A stretch of 64,000 nt of DNA from a virus (lineage: Duplodnaviria; Caudoviricetes). Both the position numbers and the translations under genes were made by a program. Position 1 is the first letter of the stretch, and the number at the start of each line of letters is the position of its first letter. The notes beneath the pieces are model-generated. The model had not been told where the DNA came from and ran no database searches. It saw nothing but the letters and a program-made list of their open reading frames with translations. Where the stretch lies: the IMG/VR virus record IMGVR_UViG_3300044627_003892; one strand, given 5' to 3'. Below are positions 60,359 through 64,000 of this stretch, in pieces.

Positions 60359-60730
60359 TTATTTTTTATAAGGAATTGTTTTAGTCCATTTTAACCTATA
60401 CTGACCATTAACTTTGTCAAATGGTTCAAAACTAAATCTAAAATCACCTATGTTAGCATACACTGGATAAATTGGGAACTCATAATCTTGTTTAACATGG
60501 AACGCATTTATACCAACCTTACTTTTGTTTAACTTTTCTAAAAAAGTTTTAGGTGTTTCTTTATTTAGTAAATTAATACCCATCTTTTTAGCGTCCTGAA
60601 TAATATTATTATCAATATTAATTTCAGCATTTTTAGGAATTGCAACAGGACCATCCTTTGTTTGTTCGGCAATAACTCTTTTTATAATTCTAACCAAATC
60701 ACTCTCAGTTAAGTTAATAATTTTTTTCAT
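60359..60730 (-). CDS. LTESDL leader-family protein
   Basis: MKKIINLTESDLVRIIKRVIAEQ. Confidence 0.75.
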   Translation of the reverse strand: MKKIINLTESDLVRIIKRVIAEQTKDGPVAIPKNAEINIDNNIIQDAKKMGINLLNKETPKTFLEKLNKSKVGINAFHVKQDYEFPIYPVYANIGDFRFSFEPFDKVNGQYRLKWTKTIPYKK

Positions 60731-60745
60731 ACTTTATAAATAGAT

Positions 60746-61075
60746 TTAATCAGAAAATTTAAAAGGATACTTTTTCATCAAAATATTAGGATTAATTTCA
60801 GATATATCGACACCAAGTGTGTTTTCAACCCAAATACCTATATTATCTTTTGATACAGTTTTATCAATAGTGAAAAAATCACATATCTCCCTAATCAAAT
60901 CAGGCGAAATAAAACAATAATGTTTAGTGATGTCAAATACAATTTCAGAATACGTATCATTTTCTGAATTTAAAAAATATATATAACCGTCTTTTTCAAT
61001 TTGAATGAAGTCCTGGTTATCCAAATATTTAAAGATTACTCTATCTAATTGTGATTCTGTGATTATATATTTCAT
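60746..61075 (-). CDS. MKYxITES family protein with WVENTL domain
   Basis: Paralog of 15796 and 19297. Confidence 0.8.
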   Translation of the reverse strand: MKYIITESQLDRVIFKYLDNQDFIQIEKDGYIYFLNSENDTYSEIVFDITKHYCFISPDLIREICDFFTIDKTVSKDNIGIWVENTLGVDISEINPNILMKKYPFKFSD

Positions 61076-61084
61076 TTATAATAC

Positions 61085-61984
61085 TTACTCAGGTTCGTCA
61101 CTCTTGGGGCTCTTATAACCAATTTTTTCAAATGGTTCTCTATTTTCTTTTTTAGCACTATAAAATAACTCATACATCATATTGAGTAACCTTGTCTCCC
61201 CAATAAGTTTTAATAACTTACTACTAACAATAATACTTCTGTTTAAAACAAGTTTTCTTCTGTTTTTCTTGGTTAAGTATCTTTCATAGATACTATCAGT
61301 TACAATTTCAATTACTTTACTTTTAGGTAATCCGTCTTCAATTAATAAGACCGAATCATCGTAAACAACTGCGTTAATATCCGGCATTTCTAATAATCTT
61401 CTAAAAACTTCCTGAACCGCATTAGTTGCATTTTCAGCTGATTGTATAAATCCAAGTTTATGAAGAAGTGACCTGTAAATTTTAACACCGAGATTATACC
61501 CAAGTAATGATTTAGGTAGTCCTACCGGGAAGTGAGTTCTATTTCTTGGCTGGTCAGTGTACATGTAAATCCATATTGTTTCTATAAACTCCCTGTAATC
61601 AGCAGCCATTTGAGCAATCTTACTAAGAGGATTTAATCCGTTTGTATAACCATTCTTATTTAATTCTTCGTACAACTCAGTCATCTCTTTCATTTTATTA
61701 GTTATGTTTTTTGGTAACATAACATAAAAAAACTTATTTGGTTCATAAAAATTGATGTCTTCCCATTTAATATTTCGGAGTTCACTATCAATTTCGGAGT
61801 AAAGGTTATTACATTTTTTAACCATCTTCTTTAACTCACTTCTTGATTCTTCACTCTTTTCTTTATCGATAAGAGATTTGACAAGATAGTTCTTTGGCTG
61901 AGAAGCTCTTACCTTTCTCATACTGAGTCCCATTTCTTTAACTTCAGCTTCTTCTCTTATGATTTTTTTGATTAAATCCCTCAT
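61085..61984 (-). CDS. leader (IIREE) protein, possible GNAT-like domain
   Basis: LLGYNLGVKIYRSLL...IQS....NAVQEVFRRL. Confidence 0.35.
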   Translation of the reverse strand: MRDLIKKIIREEAEVKEMGLSMRKVRASQPKNYLVKSLIDKEKSEESRSELKKMVKKCNNLYSEIDSELRNIKWEDINFYEPNKFFYVMLPKNITNKMKEMTELYEELNKNGYTNGLNPLSKIAQMAADYREFIETIWIYMYTDQPRNRTHFPVGLPKSLLGYNLGVKIYRSLLHKLGFIQSAENATNAVQEVFRRLLEMPDINAVVYDDSVLLIEDGLPKSKVIEIVTDSIYERYLTKKNRRKLVLNRSIIVSSKLLKLIGETRLLNMMYELFYSAKKENREPFEKIGYKSPKSDEPE

Positions 61985-62059
61985 ACCAAATAAATATCAC
62001 ATTGTTTTTCTTTTTTTAAAGTATTAGAACATGTAATTTTTTGTATATTAGCTTAAAAT

Positions 62060-62728
62060 ATGACTATGGAACTAAACAACATCAATTTGACAGATGAACA
62101 AAAATCAAAGATTAATAAGTTCATTTCTGACTTGGAAGAAAAATGTTCAAAACATAATATTGACACACTTACACCAAACACCATAGGTGTTGAGTATCCT
62201 TCTAATGATACATTAACAAATGGATATTTTGACTCGGATAACCGACTTCTTGCTTGTGCAACAGGTAAGGAACTTAATCAATGGTTACCCATCTTAATTC
62301 ACGAATCCTCACATATGGACCAATTCCTTGAGAATGACCCTGTATTTAATAATTCATTGGGATTAGATGAAACTTTCAAATGGACTGAAGGTTCAGAGGA
62401 TGTTGATTTCAATAAAATTGATAGAGAGATTGAATCAGGTATCGCAGTTGAGGTGGATTGTGAAAAAAGAACCGTTGAAAAGATTAAACAATACGGTTTG
62501 GAGTTTGTAGTATCAGTTGATGAGTATATTCAAAAGTCAAACGCTTACGTTTTGTTCTACCGATGGATGAGAAAAAATAGAACTTGGTACAAGATTGGTC
62601 TTGAACCATACAATATCAAATCTGTATACACAAAGATGCCAAAGACATTTGACATTGATTACTCAACACTGTCTGAAGAAATTTCAAAAACCTTTGATGA
62701 ACTACTTGTCTTATCAAATCAAGAATAA
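62060..62728 (+). CDS. HExxH zinc-metallopeptidase-like protein
   Basis: ILIHESSHMDQ ... VEVDCE. Confidence 0.55.
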   Translation: MTMELNNINLTDEQKSKINKFISDLEEKCSKHNIDTLTPNTIGVEYPSNDTLTNGYFDSDNRLLACATGKELNQWLPILIHESSHMDQFLENDPVFNNSLGLDETFKWTEGSEDVDFNKIDREIESGIAVEVDCEKRTVEKIKQYGLEFVVSVDEYIQKSNAYVLFYRWMRKNRTWYKIGLEPYNIKSVYTKMPKTFDIDYSTLSEEISKTFDELLVLSNQE

Positions 62729-62753
62729 TAAAAAACCCCTCACATCGGAGGGG
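62727..62753. terminator. bidirectional intrinsic terminator
   Basis: Identical to 8708-8734; lies between convergent genes. Confidence 0.75.
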
Positions 62754-62779
62754 CTTTAAGAAACCTTGTTGATATTTTT

Positions 62780-63805
62780 TTAGTCAATGACAATAGCTCT
62801 CAACGAGTCGGATGTCAATGAATCTGATTTTATGTAAATTAGTTTATTTTCATTTCTCTTTAAGAAATTATCTAAAGTGTCATTATATGTTAACATAACA
62901 TAATGTTTACCATCAATACTTACTTTAGTGTCCATAGTATAATGAATTTCAGTTTTGGTTCTAACCATTTGTTTTCCACATTGAGGACAGAATTTCCAAG
63001 ATGATTTTTTTATCTTGGTTCCACAATTTGAACAATGTGTAATATTCACTTCGGTTGCGGTCAATGGTTTTTCCGATAAAGGTAATATTTTCCATGTTGA
63101 ATAGTTTGATGGGAATGAATTAAAATTCATATCAACTGATTCAAACTCTTGTTTTGAATCTGAACCTTTCTCAATTCTACCAGTCTCTTTGAACCTGTCA
63201 GTTTGTAATGACTTTTTTAAGTTTTGTGAACTGTTCGTATTATACGAATCGTTGGTATAAAAAGCGTTTGAGTCACCTGCAAAAGTATTACTGTTAGATG
63301 TTAAATTAACGTTTGTGTTATAATACTTAGCATTTTCTCCCCAATTTATACTATACGTACCTGTGGTTATAGTGTTTATATCACCATGCCATTTATCATT
63401 AGTCCAAGTACTATTAGCACCACCCGCCAACGTCATAATTGGGTTAGTCAAATAAACATTCTCATCATAGAATTCAACGACAACCTCACCATTGTTTTGG
63501 ATGGCTTCTTGGACTTCCTTTGATGATGAGTTAACCTCATACACCTCAAATTTGAACTTCTTAGCTTCGTTCAAATATCTTTCCAAGAATACCCTTTGAC
63601 CAGGTTTGATAATAATACCACCACCTGATAGGTAATTCCCGTTGATTTTTATTTTCGCTAAAACTGAATTTGATTTTGGGTTGAAGATTTCTACCTCAAA
63701 TTCTTCCCCGTTGTTAAGATAAACGTTTGAGCCGTTTTGTTTTAATCTTTGTTTCCCTGTCGTAATATAAGCGGACGGAAACTTCTTGAGTTTTGTGTAA
63801 TACAT
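62780..63805 (-). CDS. hypothetical protein with zinc ribbon
   Basis: CSNC...WKFCPQCG near the C-terminus; Asn/Thr-rich middle. Confidence 0.75.
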   Translation of the reverse strand: MYYTKLKKFPSAYITTGKQRLKQNGSNVYLNNGEEFEVEIFNPKSNSVLAKIKINGNYLSGGGIIIKPGQRVFLERYLNEAKKFKFEVYEVNSSSKEVQEAIQNNGEVVVEFYDENVYLTNPIMTLAGGANSTWTNDKWHGDINTITTGTYSINWGENAKYYNTNVNLTSNSNTFAGDSNAFYTNDSYNTNSSQNLKKSLQTDRFKETGRIEKGSDSKQEFESVDMNFNSFPSNYSTWKILPLSEKPLTATEVNITHCSNCGTKIKKSSWKFCPQCGKQMVRTKTEIHYTMDTKVSIDGKHYVMLTYNDTLDNFLKRNENKLIYIKSDSLTSDSLRAIVID

Positions 63806-63835
63806 TTTTTTCCTTATTTTATTTTTTATGTTTAT

Positions 63836-63908
63836 TGAACCCCACTTCGTTGGTATTTCTCCAACTCAACTGTCTCACAGGACAGGTGGACCTCATCAAC
63901 AAGGTTTC
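63836..63908 (-). ncRNA. candidate structured 5' leader RNA
   Basis: Hairpins CTGTC/GACAG and GTTGG/CCAAC enclosed by a CCAC/GTGG stem, preceded by an ACCTT/GAGGT hairpin. Confidence 0.35.
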
Positions 63909-63945
63909 ATTAATAACTATAAGGTAATTTGTTTTTTTTGTAAAT

Positions 63946-63977
63946 AAAAAACCCCACTCTTTTGGAATGGGGGTTTA
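63946..63977. terminator. intrinsic terminator
   Basis: aaaaaacccccact...tgggggttt. Confidence 0.65.
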
Positions 63978-64000
63978 AGATTGTCGGTTATAATTCACAC

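Noticed and set aside
63836-63908. Hammerhead ribozyme (TTGATGAG, GAAAC words)
   Set aside because: The core is not CUGAUGA, and no GAAA follows a closable stem II in the right order.
1-64000. tRNA/rRNA genes, transposases, introns/inteins, alternative genetic code
   Set aside because: None recognised by eye; known genes (dnaK, rfbA, glnII, ligase) are uninterrupted under code 11.

Overview
Gene-dense, AT-rich 64 kb segment that most likely comes from a large (jumbo, T4-like or similar) bacteriophage infecting a Bacteroidota host. The phage call rests on dozens of short hypothetical ORFs and isolated auxiliary genes (thyA, glutamine synthetase II, rmlA/rfbA, dnaK, acyl-CoA thioesterase, LpxH-like, GT2). 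There is also an Rnl1-type RNA ligase/kinase cluster and an endolysin-like gene, with no rRNA, tRNA or ribosomal-protein genes seen. The host call rests on TTTG-N19-20-TAnnTTTG promoters and a Bacteroidota-style DnaK C-terminus. The most striking feature is four paralogous genes (14513-15307, 22010-22648, 22632-23243, 23230-23964) whose 3' halves are CRISPR-like arrays read in frame. A 36-nt repeat (GGTGGAAGAGGTATTAAATCATAAGGTATCCACAAC) alternates with 25 distinct spacers of exactly 30 nt, all stop-free. The repeat edges sit out of codon register, pointing to a nucleic-acid-level unit, yet no cas or reverse transcriptase gene is in the window. Other notable features are four families of shared N-terminal leader peptides containing [IL]-x-E on more than 30 unrelated proteins behind a TATTTAT motif (candidate capsid-targeted, injected effectors), a phage two-component cluster (2 histidine kinases plus a receiver), and an RNA-repair cluster. 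There is also a repeated G-rich motif and a gene bounded by 14-bp inverted repeats with a structured leader. All annotations are by eye; no database searches were run.
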